A stretch of 64,000 nt of DNA from positions 19,718,001 to 19,782,000 of the forward strand of contig NC_045696.1 of the NCBI RefSeq assembly GCF_009834535.1. The letters run 5' to 3'. Each line of letters starts with the position of its first letter. Position 1 is the stretch's first letter. The translations under genes were made by a program, and so were the position numbers. Under the pieces are notes generated by a model, which saw only the letters and a program-made list of their open reading frames with translations, ran no database searches and was not told the DNA's origin. Shown in pieces: positions 23,960 through 38,742 of this stretch. This DNA is from Camelus ferus (lineage: Eukaryota).

Positions 23960-26480
23960 ATGATAACTGGGATTGACTGGGATGCATGGTTCAATTTGGG
24001 AAGAAATGACACCTTGATACTGTTGAGTCTTTCAACCCATGATCACGGTGTCTCTCCCCATGTGTCTGGGTCACACTTGATTTCTCTCAGCAATGTTCTG
24101 GTTGGCCATGTATAGGTTTTGAACTCATTTATTAATATATCATTTAAAAATGTAATGTTAAATGCCTTTTAAATGTTTTTTGTTGTTGTTTTTTGCTTTT
24201 CAGTTATAGAATGCTGGTATATAGTAAAACAATTTTACTTTGAAATATTGAAAAAAATGATCACAGAAAGGCACAAAAGGAGATACAGAGAACTAGAAAA
24301 TGAACATTATATCTTTGGGTAGAAGACTCAACATCATAGATATAGCTTCTCTGAGCTAATTTAAGCATTTCTGGAAATGCCAATAAAATCATACTTCTTT
24401 TCATTGTTTGAAACATAAGAATATGAATGAAATGTTTATTTTAAAAAACTACAAGTAATTATTAGCCAAAATATCCTGAGGAAAAATAAAAAGAGGAAAA
24501 AAGAGAGACCTATGAGGCACCAAATTCTAAAATGTGTTTTGGGTGAAAGAATAGACGGAAAAACCAAAGGGTCAAAATAAAAAGATGGCATTTTATAAAA
24601 GTGAGGGGGAAAATGTATTTTTTAAAAAGTGGTATTAGGATAACTGGCAACCATATGGAAAAGAGGTAAAATTCTATCTGTTCTTCACAATATACATGAG
24701 GATAAATTCCAAATGGCTAGAGATTTAAATATAAAAAGATAAAACAATACACATAACAGAAGAAACCTTGGTTGGCTTTTCTATAAGTAGGAGAGAAAAA
24801 TATTTTTAATGTATAATTCAAAATCCAGAAGCAACAAGGAAAAGTTAGATAAATTTGATTACATTAAATACTTACATGGCAAAAACACCATTAATAAACA
24901 GACAAATGTCAAACTGGAAAAATATTTGCAACTTAAAATATCAAAGGTTAATATGCTAACTAAGAGCCATCTAAAATTAGATAACACTTTCAACAACCCT
25001 AAAAAAATAGAAAAATGAACTTAGGCTTCATAGAAAAATAAATGGAAATTTAGAAACATATTTAGCTAACTGAGGGGGAGTTAAATATGAACCTTCATAT
25101 TTTGCTATAGGATGAAAATATGATAACATCACTATAAATATTAGTAATTTGGCATATATGACAAATTTTGTAATCATTTACCCTCTGACCCAGCAATATA
25201 ACTTCTAGAACTATTTTTAAAATGTATACTGGCAAAAATATTTTTTAAAAGAAAATTTTTTGAAAACTAAGTTAGTGATTGCAACACTCTATGTGATGGA
25301 GTGGGACCCCCCAAAACTAGCAAAATCCAAATTTCTGCCAGTGAAGATCCGGTTGAATAAAGTATGCTATATTTACAAAATCACAGCTCTACTAACGAAC
25401 AATAAATGCTCCTGTGTATAACTATGATTTGATATCCATGTATCATAAATGAAACAAGTGGAGAGAAGTATGTATATTATAGATGTATGTGCGTACACAC
25501 ACCTATATTACACATACATCTGTATTATATACACTTACTTTGCTTTTTGACCTGGAAATCCACACAAAATATTTATATTGCTATCTGACTGTTTCACGTG
25601 CATTGTGGAGTAAAGCTAATGTTAATTTCATTCAGTGATTTCCAATGTTGTTGAAAAGCAGAAGAAAGGAGACAAAGATAGAAAATGAATAGATTATGCA
25701 AAAACCATTAGCAGCTGAATTTGAGTTGGAGAACTCAGGATGAACTCTTGACTTATTTCATCTGTGTAACTAACTAGTTAGCTGTCACCTGTTTTCCTAG
25801 CTCTGTTCTCTGAAATACATAGAAACAAAGCTCAATGAAGTAGTAGTAAGCTTAACTAGCACCTAGATTATAGCATGCAGATGCAATTTCCCACTAAAAA
25901 TAATTAGTTCATTTTGGAGAAATGATTGATTCCTTGTCTGTGGCAGGAGAGATTCTACTTAAGCCTGGAACACTAATGTGTCAGAGAGCATGGGTGCTAC
26001 CAATGATGGCCAGAGCTGTGCCAAAAGGACTTAGTTAAATTGAAGAGGCTCCTATGAGCAAAAGTTGAAAAAAATCTCACCAATAACTCGAGTGTGTTGA
26101 AATTCATCAAATCCATTTACATCTGAGTTAATAATGATGTTTATAAAAACTACTAATTGTGCATTGATGAAGATTCTAGTGAAGCAAATCTTGATTTTTG
26201 AAAACGAGTAATTGATGAGAAAGAACCAAGCATTTATCCTGACTTTCTGATACTACTGAATTTGATGAGGGGATGTCTTTACTTATAAAAATATCTGCTA
26301 ACACGTGAGGAAAGAGTGACACAACTCAAATACCACCATTTTTAACTGCTGGTGAATTAATGGATCTAGGCAAAGATCCCCAACAGCTGCTAACATCGTG
26401 AAAGGTGACACCCAAAAACCTGTGCCCTGGATGGAAGAGCAATTTACAGGAAATAGAGGAGTGTGTTAAATTACATCACA
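23960..26480. mobile_element. Cluster of old L1 (L1M/L1ME-like) fragments: short antisense piece ~23960-24250, then sense
   Basis: caatttgggaagaaatgacaccttg (antisense ORF2); gtggtattaggataactggc, ataaatttgattacattaaa (sense ORF2); 3' UTR-like downstream. Confidence 0.65.
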
Positions 26481-27081
26481 TCATGTTTACATACACACAC
26501 TTACAGCCACCCTACAAATCTTCTAGCAACAAAATGTGAAGAATATTTTTCTTAAGTATAAGTTTTGAAACCATGAAATATGTCCTCCAACTTTATCAGG
26601 ATCAAAAAATTAAAGTTACAAAAATGTGTAAATATGGGAAGGTATTTATGTAAATATGGGAAGAGTTTAAATACTCTCTCCTCCTCGATAGACAGATTTG
26701 CTTGCTGCCTCTGAGACTAGAGATACATAGTCCATTTTGATAGTTATAAAGGCCTTCAGGGCAGGGTACATCTCAAAGCAGGGTTAAATGAAGAGATTAT
26801 TTTCTCTCCATTCTTGCTGTTCTGTATAAACCGTCCCAGGGCACCCTCTGCACCCCAGCTGCTGAGCAGTTTGCAGAGATTATTATTAACAAATTAATTT
26901 GACTCCTTAAAATTGCATTAGGGATCATTCTTGAAAAGTAATCTTTGGATTCAGGAATTGTAGCATGTTGAAAGTCATTAAAAAAAAAAGATAAAGTGAT
27001 TTTTCAAGATTTTCTCCATGGTGGTTTGAACAAAAGTGAGAAAAAGAACACTAGAGAATAATGTAAGCTCTTGCTGAGCAC

Positions 27082-27167
27082 CTCTGAGCGAAGTAACAGC
27101 TGTAAATCAGAGCACAAGATTCTGCACCCTAGAGATCCTACTTCAAGAAGGTAGCTGATAAGACAGG
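27082..27167 (-). pseudogene. PHYHIP-like exon (86 nt) (A)CLISYLLEVGSLGCRILCSDLQLLLRSE
   Basis: tttttttctcag|CC...GAG|gtgctc; phase 1 to 0; open; VGSLGCR...LQLL ~ PHYHIP KGSLGDR...LPLL. Confidence 0.7.
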
Positions 27168-28359
27168 CTGAGAAAAAAATCTGTCAATCTCATGTGATTT
27201 TTTATTCTGTATTTTCAAAATTATAATGCAGTTGCTTATGAACATCAGTAGGATAATTTATTGAAGCCCAAAAGGAAAAGAACACGAATGGTGGAATTAA
27301 TATGATCATTTTTTTTAATAGTTTTATTTTCACTAAGAATCGGTTACTGATGCTGTGGCTTACTGGAGGTACCTGCTGTGCCTAGAAGCCCCAATGGGAG
27401 TTTTCAGATGTTCTAGCCAACACTACTGAAATAGAACCTTGTAGCTTCAGTGCCCAGGAGTGAGCAAGAATTTGTCTTTATACCCCACAAAACTGTTTAA
27501 ATTTTCAGTACTATTTATTTTTCAAGACGTTATTCTTTGTACTTATTATTCTATGACTTCTGAAATGAATACAGAGCAATAACAATGTACCAATTCTAAT
27601 GATTTAAAAGTGGACTTTCATATTTTCTCACTTTCTAAATAGTAACCTGATGACTTATTCTAGCCATAGGAAAATACCCGAGACAGAAACTCTAGATAAA
27701 TCTTAGGAACCATCACTGTTTCATGTTCTAAATTCTTACAGACACTGTCTTCTTCAGTGAGTAAATTGTTCATGGTAAATACTTTTTTATAATGGAAGTT
27801 ACTGGTATATTTCTAACAAAGGAACGCTTTATATATAACATATGAATTGTAAGTAATTTTATAATTATTTAGGCTAGATAACTAAATTTTAATAATTAAC
27901 AATCTTAGCACATTGAGTTTAACAAACAAGGGTATCTAGTGTTTTTCACACATAGAACCAAGTAGTTATGAATTAATTGGCATTTTAAATACCTTGTTAT
28001 ACAAATTAGGCATATATGAGTTATTGGCAATTCTTTGTAAATGTATATTGTAGATTCTTTTCTGTACACAGTTTCAAACAATCTCTTTTTTTCCTCTAGC
28101 ATCTTGAAATTCTAAAAATAGGAATTTAAAAACCTGTTTGATTATTTATCCTACATCAAATATAGATAGGAAATGAAATAAAAACATCTGTAGATTGTTG
28201 CAATTATGTATATGCAAGTGTATATATGTGTATTTAACTATATATATGTACATTAATTTCCTTCTTGCATTCCACAGACAAAACTAAATGGGTCAAGGGT
28301 GTTTATGAAAAATCATTCTAAATCTTCACAGGTGCCAAGGACTAGAGACATGAACACAT

Positions 28360-28698
28360 CTGTGTTTGTGTTCTATGGCTGCCATAATAAATTACTGCAA
28401 ACTTGGTGGCTTAGAACAACAGAAATGTATAATCTCACAGTTCTTGAGCCTACAGTTCTGAAATTCGGCAGGGTCATACTCCCTCTAAGGCTCTAGGGGA
28501 GAAGCTTCTTCCAGCTTCTGGTGGCTGTCTGCATTCCTTGATTTGTGGGTACATCACCCAGTCTCTGCCTCTGTGGTCTTTCTTTTCTGTGGGTCTCAAT
28601 TGCCCCCTCTATCTTTTTCTTAGAAGGACACTTATCATTGGATTTAGGACACATAGATAATCTTCGTATCAAGATCCTTAATTCAATTATATCTGCTT
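28360..28698 (-). mobile_element. MLT1-type MaLR LTR
   Basis: ggctgccataataaattactgcaaacttggtggcttagaacaacagaaatgtat...cttctggtggctg...cattggatttagg. Confidence 0.8.
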
Positions 28699-29060
28699 TT
28701 ATGCGCTGAATTGTGTCCCTGCAAAATGCATACGTGGAAAAGGTCTAATCCTTAGTACTCAGAATGTGACTGTATTTGGAAAGAGGGTCTTTAAAATTGA
28801 GGTAAAATGAGGCCATATGATTGGGAACTAAAAACCTGACTGATTTCCTTATAAGGAGAAGAAATTTGTACCCACAAAGAGCCACCAGGGATGTGCACAC
28901 CCAGAGGAAAGCCTTTATGGGAGAAGGTGGTCATGTGCAGGCCAGGAAGAATGGCCGCAAAAGGGACCCAATCTGCTGACACCTTGATCTTGGACTTCTA
29001 GCCTGAAGAACTGTGAAAGATAAACTTCTATAGTTGAAGTCATCCAGTCTGAGATATAAT
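28699..29060 (+). mobile_element. MLT1-type MaLR LTR (opposite orientation to its neighbour)
   Basis: gctgaattgtgtccc...gaatgtgactgtatttggaaagagggtcttt...gctgacaccttgatcttggacttctagcc...aactgtgaaagataaa. Confidence 0.85.
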
Positions 29061-30189
29061 AAACCTAATAAACCTGCAAAGGATATTTTTCTAAAGAAGA
29101 TAATTTGTACAGGTTCTGGCGGAGGCCACAGTCCAACTCATTACATTACATAATGATTCTTTACTGAGAAAATATCCTAGCATATACACACTAATGAATT
29201 AGTAGGAAAAAAAAATTACTACAATGATGGCATTGGAAATGTGGAGGTATTTAATGTCACTTAAGTCAACATCCACAATGTCAAATCAATGGCCAGTAAA
29301 ATACTGAGACATGAAACATCGTTTGGCATGAAAATGTTTGATTATAAAATTGTGCTTTAATTAGATTGGGAATACTTTTCAACATCATCAAAATGTTGAA
29401 ACAAAAACATTATCGAAAATATACCAATGTTTTAATATGTCTATGCCACTGCTAAAGCAATTATCTGTTGGAGTCTAATGGTACTATATATGGTCATCTG
29501 TTTATAACACTGCTGAAGATTTGGGTGGTGATAATATGACAAAGATGCAACCCTTGTTTTCATTTAATTCACAAAATGGTGGGGAAGACAGCCAGTCAAT
29601 TGATACGAACAGGTTTTTATTAATTGATTCCTACTATGTTGCAGGCAACAAAGACACTAAACAGAAGATTTAGCTTAAGATTTGGGAACTATGATTATCA
29701 TTATCTTTCTCAGTTTACACATAATGAAAACGAGATGCAGGAAAGACAAGTCAAACACATCTGTCTTGTTCTAAGATCCCTGTTTTTGTTTGTTTGTTTG
29801 TTTTCTTTGGTTTATTTTGTTTTGTTTTGTTTTTCTACTATCACATCAAGGCTTGAAAAGCGCTATAATGGCAGTTTGCACAGTGGATTGGAGAGAATTG
29901 GAATGCCCGGGTCAAGGCATACCAGTGGGAGAAATTTTGCTTCTATGTTTCAGGCCAAAAATTAATGGAGTCTGTGCTTGGGAAGATAAAATGCAGCTGT
30001 TCCCAAGATAAGACTTTAGCATGTGGTAGGGCTTGCTTTTTGAAAGGCCTTGATCAGAGCTTGGAAGTGAGACAAATACATGTTTCTCTGTTCTAGAGAG
30101 ATGGACCCTAGAGGAGATGGCTATCAGCTGGTGTCTGGAGTGAGCTGAGCTTAAGGAAGCACTGTTTTATAAAGACAAAAATCAGAGCA

Positions 30190-32280
30190 AACTGTCTTTG
30201 CTCTCAGATCACATAATTGTCTATGTATAAAATCCAAAAGAATCAGTAAAAACAAACAAACAGAAAAACCCTGCTTGAACTAATGAGCAATAATAGTGTG
30301 GTTGCAGGACACAAGGTTAGCATACAAAAGTCAATTGCTTTCCTATATAACAATGAACAAGTGGAATTTTTAATTAAAAATACAATGCCATTTTTATCAG
30401 CATGCCCCCAAATTACCTAGTTAGCTAAAAAAAAGTGTACAAGATCTATATGAGAAAAACTACAAAACTATGATAAATTAAATCAAAAAATTACTAAATA
30501 ATTGAAGAAATAGTCCATGTTCATGGATAGGAAGATTCAATACTGTTAAAATGTCAGTTCTTCCCAATTTGACCTATAGTTTCAATGCAGTCCCTATCAA
30601 TCCCCTAGCAATTTATTATGTGGATAATGACAAACTGATTCTGCAATTTACATGGAGAATTAAGAGACCCAGAATAGCCAGCACAATTTTGAAGAAGAAA
30701 AACAAAGTTGGTGGATTGATGCTACACTACTTTAAGGGTTATTATAAAGTCACAATAATCCATTCAATTTGGTATTGGCAAAAAAAGAAATGCATAGATC
30801 ATCGGTATAGTATAAAGAACCTAGAAATAGATCCACATAAATAGAGACAACTGTCCTTTGACACAGGAACAATGACAAAACCATGGAGCAAAGATAGTCT
30901 TTTTAACAAATGGTGCTGGAACAACAAGATATCCACTTGCAAAAAAAATCTAGATACATACCTCACACTCTTTCAGTAACTTGAAATGGTCATAGACCTA
31001 AATGTAAAATGCAAAACCATAAAACTTCTAGAAAATAACATAGGAGAAAACCTAGACAACCTTAGGAATTGTGCCTTTTTAGATACAACATCAGTGACAT
31101 GATTTAAGAAAGGAAGAACTGATAAGCTGGACTTCATTAAAATATTACAATTAAAAAAAATTGCACCGTCAAAGACGCTGTCAAAGGAATGAGAAGCCAC
31201 TTTCAGGGAGAAAGTATTTACAAAGGAACAAATAGCATAGGACTATAATCCAAAACATGGAAAGAAATCTTAAAACTCAACAGTAAGTAAACAACCCAAT
31301 TTTAAAATGGGCTAATGACCTTAAAAGACACTCCACCAAAAAGATACACACGTGGCAAATAGCATATGAAAAGAAGCTCCTCAATATATGTCATAAGGGA
31401 AATTCAAATTAAAACAATAATGAGACACTACTACACACCTATTAGAATGGCCAAAATCAAGAACACTGAATACATCAAATGCTGACAAGGATACAGAGCA
31501 ACGGGAATGAAAAATGGCATAGCCACTCTGGAAGAAAGTTTGGAGGTTTCTTATAAAACCAAACGTAGTATTACCAAATGATCCAGCAGCTATGCTCCTT
31601 GACATTTACCCAAAGGAGCTGACACAAAATCCACACAAAATTTTATACACTGATATTTATAGCAGTTTTATTCATAATTGCCATAACCTGGAATCAACCA
31701 AAATGCCCTTTCAGTAGGTGAATGGATAATCTGTTACATTCATACAAAAAATATTGTTCAGCATTAAAAATAAAGAGCTACCAAGCTGTGAAAAGACACG
31801 GAGGAAACTAAAATGCATATTACTAACTGAAATAAGGCAATCTGAAAAGGCCACATACTGTATGATTCTAACTATTCTGGAAAAGGCAAAAATAAGGAGA
31901 GAATAAAAGATCAGTAGTGTTCAGGGGTGGGGATGGGGAAGGGGATGGTGGGTAGAAGGAGGAATGAAAAGACAGCACAGAGGACAGTGAAAATATGACA
32001 TTATAATGCTGCTACATGTCATCATATGTCATTACATTTTTGTCCAAACCCACAGAATGTACAACAGCAAGAGAGAACCTCAAACTACAGGCTTTGGGTG
32101 AAAATGATGTGTCAATACAGGTTCATTTACTGTAACAAATGTACCACTCTGAGAAGTGATGTTGACAATGGGGAAAGCTATGCATGGGAGGCAGGGGGAT
32201 ATGGGAAATCTCTGTATTTTCCAGTAAATTTTTCCTCTCAATTTTGCTGTGAATCCAAAACTGCTCTAAAAAAATAAAGC
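30190..32280 (+). mobile_element. L1MC-like 3' ORF2 and 3' UTR
   Basis: ORF 30551-30844 (MSVLPNLTYSFNAVPI...KKKNKVGGL...IWYWQK) is L1 ORF2 C-terminal region; ends tgctgtgaatccaaaactgctctaaaaaaataaa. Confidence 0.9.
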
Positions 32281-32614
32281 CTTTCAAAAAACACATTTTC
32301 AACTGCTTTTGACTTAATAAGTTAGTATTTTTAAATACTGTAACAATTTGGTAATTCACATATAAGCAAAGTTCTAGCACAGAAAGCAAATAAAATTAAA
32401 GGACTTGCTCAGATATGATGATTTTCAATTGCAATGGTATTTTTAAATGTCTAATTAATATACTATATTAATTAATTCCTACTGCTTACCCCCTACAAAT
32501 GATCAGTAAACAACTGAGGTTAGTTATAATTATAATTATATATTTTTTTCTTTTTTATACATTATACTGAGGCTTTTACATTAATAAAAAAGTATAAGAG
32601 AGGTAATTACTCAC

Positions 32615-32634
32615 CAAAATAAGAGTCTGGGGTA
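32615..32634 (-). pseudogene. PHYHIP-like 20-nt micro-exon (C)TPDSYF(A)
   Basis: tttgtccctcag|TACCCCAGACTCTTATTTTG|gtgagt; phase 2 to 1 links the exons at 35215 and 27167 in frame. Confidence 0.7.
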
Positions 32635-35214
32635 CTGAGGGACAAATACTTTATTCAATATTTTAGAGGCTGCTATTATTGACTAAAAATCTTTTTAAAA
32701 AAAGAGGCATCCCATTAAATATTTTATGAAGCATCTTTAATAAAATCCTGTTGAAAACGTTTATTTCCCAGATAAACAGGATAACTTTTGCATGATTTCC
32801 AGTAGTACAAAGCCTTGAGTTACAAAGTACTAGATAATCACAAATTACAACGTTAGCATTATTCCAAAGAGCATAAAATTATAAGAAACAATCCAAAAGA
32901 TATTTCATTCACAGTTTTCCAGTTTAAAATATACTTGGACCATGTTAACCATCTTAAGTATTTCTTACTTTATATATATTCTTTATTTTCTAAGTCTTCC
33001 TCGTTTAAAGTTTTTATAAATGTGCACATCTAACAATATAATTTAGAAAAAGAAGAGAGGTCCATATCTAGAATGACATTTTCATCCTTCTAAGGACACT
33101 GGTTTCGCGTTCCTATTTAAATGAAGTGATGCTTCTTCAAGTAACATCTTAGGCAAAGACACATTTATTCTTGTGCGATGATTGCATTTTGTAAGTCAAA
33201 ATCCTTGCATGTCCTAATATCACTGCCACTAGAAGCTGCAGGGTAGATTTTTGTAAAAATATGCATATTCATCATACAATGAATTTATCAAACAAGGTCA
33301 TTTCTTATACTGAACTTTCTACTGCCTGTAGATTTATAAGAAGCTTAAAATTTGGATGGACCACTTAAATCATTATTTTAACCTTCTTTGCTCTAATTAA
33401 ATTAATACAGTGTTTGGTAAAGGAAAATACAGTAACTAAGCTAATTGATTTTCAATCTACTAATTTTAGAAGATTGTTAAAATTGTGATATTATCAACAT
33501 TTTCATGACAATAAATTTGTCTTAATATGCATATATAAATTAAAATATGTTAAAATTTGTTTACCTACAAGATTGATAGTTATTATTCAATAAACAGTTT
33601 AAACATATTTTAAAAATTTAGTATTTGTTACTTGTTTGTGGTATTTATTGAATTTGTTTTAAAATCATCCCTACCAATTATTCTTTCTTTGGTGATTTTT
33701 ACCTTGGTCTTGCACATGTATACTCTATTAAAATGTCTTTAATCCTTCTAACATTTTCTTATTTCTTGTATTGTTTCTGATGTAATTCTGATTTGATTTT
33801 GTACAGCAGTAATTATGTTCTTTACAATCTTAAAGGTAGATTTATTTAGCTATTGACCTTTTGTTTCATTATTATCTTGTTATACCAAACCATTTTTATC
33901 TTGAAATATGCTTTTCAACTCATCCTTATCTCTTGCATTAAAAAGATCAAGCATTTTATGTTTAAATTTTAGTTTACATTTAATTCAGTATCAGCTCAAA
34001 TGATGTTTACAAAGTATATATAAATCATCATAAACTGCTTTTGCTGTTTCTACAGGCTCTTAGAAATTCCCTGCGTATAGAATACTCAACTTTGATTTTC
34101 CCTCATTCTTTATCCTTCATTTGTCTTAATAAACCCTTGATTAGGAAGGGATCTTGATCTTTTCAGTACATGTCCTATTAAGCGTTCACTACATCAGTTA
34201 CTGTCTCTCCATTTGTGTGCTGATAAAGTTCTCCTATCAGACGCTAAGTTAGAAGTCAAGGTGATATGTGCAACACTTCATAATACCAGGCATGCATCTA
34301 TTTTAATTCTGAATTAAAGAGAGACTCTATCTTACTCTTGTGACCTTGTCCTTGAAATATATTACAAAAAGCATTGCTGAGCAAGTCTGATTCATCCTGT
34401 ATTTCTTTTTTGACCAACACACAATCATAAATAAGCAACCAGATGTAGCCCATTTCAAAAAGCATGTTAAATAAATATTACATTAGGACAAGCTTAGGGA
34501 TTCTGTGGCATAAACAGAATAAATGCTAAAGTGAAAGCTTTGCATAGAATATTTGTTGGATACATTTGATATAATGCTTAACTCCCCTTCAATCACTTCT
34601 TTCCATCAAATCTGAAAATGAATGGGATATGAAGTTCATTTAAGTTCAGTTTAGAGACTATTTTGCTGCATTGATTTCATGCCAGCTGAACAATTTTTGG
34701 AAACTACATTTGTTTGGAGTGAAGTGGTTCACAAAGAAAAGAGTATGTGGTTTCTACTTTGGATTGAAATACACTGATTTTTTTTTAATATATTATTATC
34801 CCCATAGAGAAATTTCAACACAAGTTTCCAAGAAGCAGTTAGGTAAACTAAATCTCACCTCAGGGTATAATATAGTTGAAGGAATATTCTGTGTGGAAAA
34901 CTGAGAATTCATTTGGAAATAACTTCATGGTAGGTCCCCCACAAAAGCATGGTTAAACATGACATTACTAACTGTGGTATTTAGTTACAGAGATGTGTAG
35001 TAAAAACAGATGTGGAGTAATACTGGATTATATAGTATTTTTCCCACCATATGTAAACAGAAGATGTAAATAACGTAGAGAGCAAAAATCACAGCAACAT
35101 GCAATAAAATAATTAAAAAGTGATGTTTTAGTATTTGTCATCTTTGCTTTTAATATAATATATATTTTTAGTTTCTAAATTCTTAATAACGACTGTTGTT
35201 AACAATCAACTCAC

Positions 35215-35248
35215 CAGAATATCTTAGCAGCAAACAAATTCTGGAACG
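35215..35248 (-). pseudogene. PHYHIP-like 34-nt exon (A)FQNLFAAKIF(C)
   Basis: atcctttccag|CG...TG|gtgagt; phase 1 to 2; NLFAAKIFC ~ PHYHIP NLYFADFYC. Confidence 0.7.
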
Positions 35249-36231
35249 CTGGAAAGGATCCGGGGAGCAGCAAAGTCTTAGTTTAAGCTCAGTTAAGAGC
35301 CTGGCACTGTTGGAATTTGGTGTGTCAGGACTTCTGGGGGGAAGATGCCCAAATGCCCACTTTAAATTTTCCCTTGTGGAATGGTGGCTGAGAACGTCCA
35401 AAGAGCCCTCACACTGCCTCATTATCTACCTTTGAGTATCAAATACCTTCTTGTTGTAAGTAAGCTGTGTGCCCCGGGTTACTGCTTACCAGCCCTGCTT
35501 AGCAAATTTACCTGATGGGGCAAGTTGGTACGAGCAGGCTCCACACAGCCTCACCCTCTAGTTTTAAACATTCCACTATATTTTTGAACATAAAAACGGT
35601 GACAGTCATGACCCAATGAGACCATGCATAAGAGAAGCAGGAGCAAGTTTTATTCTTAATTGTATTAAGACGGCGGAGGGGTACACAGATAACTGAAGGA
35701 GTGGTATCATACCCTAAGGAAAGGGAGCCTAGGAGAAGGAAAAATGTACTGAAAATTATTATGATACGACTCAAGTTTTAAACTAACGTCTTAGGTTTGG
35801 TTTGCAGTTCATAAATTTAATGTAATGGGTTTTATTTAAATTTCAAAGTTTTCCTGAGCATAAGTTTTCTTGCCTGATTCCATTTCCTTGATATTTCCGC
35901 AATTGATTATTCAAATTCAGTTAGCAAATACATTCCCCCAAATGATGGTTAGTTATCATTTGAGAAAACTACTCTAACTATTGAAAAGACAAAGTATCTC
36001 ACGTGACTAAGATATTGCCACAAGAGAAAGATATTCCAACAAGAGGAAGATATCCCACGATGCTTACGGCATCCAACAACAGCACTGCAGGTTAAACTTA
36101 GCAACCAGTGTGTTACAATCCCAGATCACCGAGTGTAGGATTTAGAGACAAGAAAGGTAGAAGATAAAATCAAATATGTGTTAAAGGAGAACAAATGTAG
36201 ACACCATTTATTGTTTATTTAAAAAAAAAAA

Positions 36232-36888
36232 GACTTATGATTTGGAGCAGTTTTAAGTTCACAGTAATTTTGGGCAGAAAATAGATAACCATATACATCC
36301 AACCCCTGTACATGTGTAAATTCCCCAATTATGGATGTTTTCCACCAGAGTGTTACATTTGTTATAATTGATGAATCTACATACACACATCATTACCATC
36401 CAAATTCCATAGTTTAATCCAGGGTTCACTCTTCAAGTCATACATTCTATGGGTCTGAACAAACGTATAATGGCATATATCCACCATTATAGCATCATAC
36501 AGAGTAGTTTCACTGTCCTAAAATTCCTGTTTTCCAACCATGCATCTGCCCTTCCCTCCTACCCCTGTCAGCCACTGATCTTTACTTTATCAAAAGTTTT
36601 GCCTTTTCCTTTATGTCATATACTTGGAATTAGACAGTGTGTAGCCTTTTTAGATTGCCTTCTTTCCGTTACATGTTTAAAGGTTACTTTATGACTTCAT
36701 GGCCTGATAGTGCATTTCCTTTTAACGCTGAATAATATTCCATTGTCTGGATGTGCCAGAGTTTATTTATCCATTTACCACTGAAGGACATTTTGGTGAC
36801 TTTCAAGTAATGGCAATTGTGAATAAAGCTGTTATAAACATGTGTGTGAAGGTTTTAGGGTGGACATAAATTTTCAAATCCTTTGCAT
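36232..36888 (-). mobile_element. L1MC-like 3' UTR, antisense
   Basis: ggagcagttttaagttcacag...catatatccaccattatagcatcatacagagtagtttcactgtcctaaa; homologous to 1100-1730. Confidence 0.85.
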
Positions 36889-37080
36889 CAAGACCCAACC
36901 AACATCCAGTCAGCCTCCCAACCGACGGCATATACCTGAACAAGGTCAGCCCAGATTAGCCACTGTGGGCTCGGATCGGAAGAACCACTCAGGCAACCCA
37001 TAGAATTGTGAGAAATAATAGTTGATGTTTTATACCAATAATTATTGGGCTAGCTTTTTGCATAGCAGTGGAAATTCATA
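36889..37080 (+). mobile_element. MLT1-type LTR 3' fragment
   Basis: cagcccagattagcc...acccatagaattgtgagaaataat...tttttgcatagcagt. Confidence 0.55.
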
Positions 37081-38742
37081 ACTAGTATAAGAAGAAATGA
37101 TGAATTATGGGAAAAAGTTTTCAATACTATCTTTCTTCTGCCTGTTAAAATTAAGGTTCTGCGTTGCATGTTTTAAGAAACTCAGGCTTTATATAATATG
37201 TAGAGTATCTAGGTCTTTTTTTTTCCATGTCAATCATGTATCATTCCATGTTATCACCTTACCAGATTATGTTAGGAAGTTAAATTGATGAATAATAAAA
37301 TGTATCATTATGAATTAAATTGGTGAATTATTATTAAATTACACATGGACAATCACAGGATGAAATTCCTCTAGCTAAAATGTTGACTCCAGTTTCTTTT
37401 CCTAGCCTAACAGTGTTTACTGCTTCTGGTGTAGAACTTCATGGCTTCTAAGCATTTCCAGATTTCCACTAATAATATTCATCAATTTAGCTTCTACTAA
37501 AACCCAAGCTGGCTAAATCTTCATCAGAAAGCACTGCTTATTCTTTCTTTACAGCCTATATTCTTACATTTCATAGTGGTTCTTGGAAAAAGGTAGAATA
37601 ACTCTTTTGGATGCAGCTCAATGAAGGTTCCTTTTCCCTTGAACCTGTCTCATCACTTCTGAAGCCCACAACAGTGCTATTAGCTTTGTGATTTGTCATT
37701 ACCCCCATCATGACAGAAGCAGCAGACCCATTGGTGGGTCACTTGAACAACATGATTCTGGCAGGCATTCCTGAAGGCTCAGCCTATATATAGCCTTTTC
37801 CATCAGCGCTCCAAACGCTTCAGTGAGCAAGTGCTAAGCCATGATAAAGCTTTTTTTCCGTGTAAACTGGTTAGAATGGATGCTCTCTTTTTTTAAGAGC
37901 TCTGAATTTAAGGAAAATTATTGCTCAGTATTCTTGATCACATCTGGGTGCATTTTAATTGATTAATAAATGTAACAGAATAAACGCTCATAACTTTACT
38001 ATTCATAATCAGAGCCCAACTCAAAGTTATTCAAATTTCCAGCTATGATATACAACTAAATGTAAAATTATGACACACAAAAGATTCTTCCATCATTTGG
38101 AGTTCATATCAAACAGCAAATACCAAGTAGGACTGGTATAGTAGGGCCATTAATTTTGTCCAATCTCTCCTAAACATCAATTAATGTACCCAGAAGATTA
38201 TAGCACTATCTTAAATAAAATTTAAAAAATAATTCTTAATAAATAGCTAAAAGACAGAAAGGGTGAAGGTCAGAGCAAAAGAGGAAGAATTCTTGACGCT
38301 GATTCCACTGCTCATGAGCTGTTGAATTAACATTGTCAGAGTGTAAGCATTCACACCTTTATGAAAATAAGCTAATATTTGAAAGACACTTCTGAAATAT
38401 TAATATACAATATTATAAATAATGATCATATGGAATATCAATGAACCACAGAGAAATCCAACAGGCATATAAAGAAAAAATGTAAGCTCAGTAAAGTCCT
38501 TCACAGGACAGAAATAAACATCAATTTCTTCTAAACGTTCACTGCCTTTAAAGATGCCACTACGTTTCGTCTTCCTGTCGGATCAAGCTGGACTCTTCCC
38601 CATTCTGTAGTACTCAGCGCCTTGTCATCACAGGTGCTCTGAATAAGGAGCCTCCACTACTTGTAAGGACACACCCCCACCTGCCATCTATCCAGATCTC
38701 ACGCTTCCAATATCATCGCAAAATCATGTCCTGGGGAGATAC

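Noticed and set aside
22139..27167. FSGVILDTPYG resembling the methyltransferase DPPY motif
   Set aside because: No convincing SAM-binding motif upstream, the protein ends immediately after, and the PHYHIP alignment explains more residues.
30551..31605. ORFs with protein-like content
   Set aside because: Decayed L1 ORF2 and its antisense readings.
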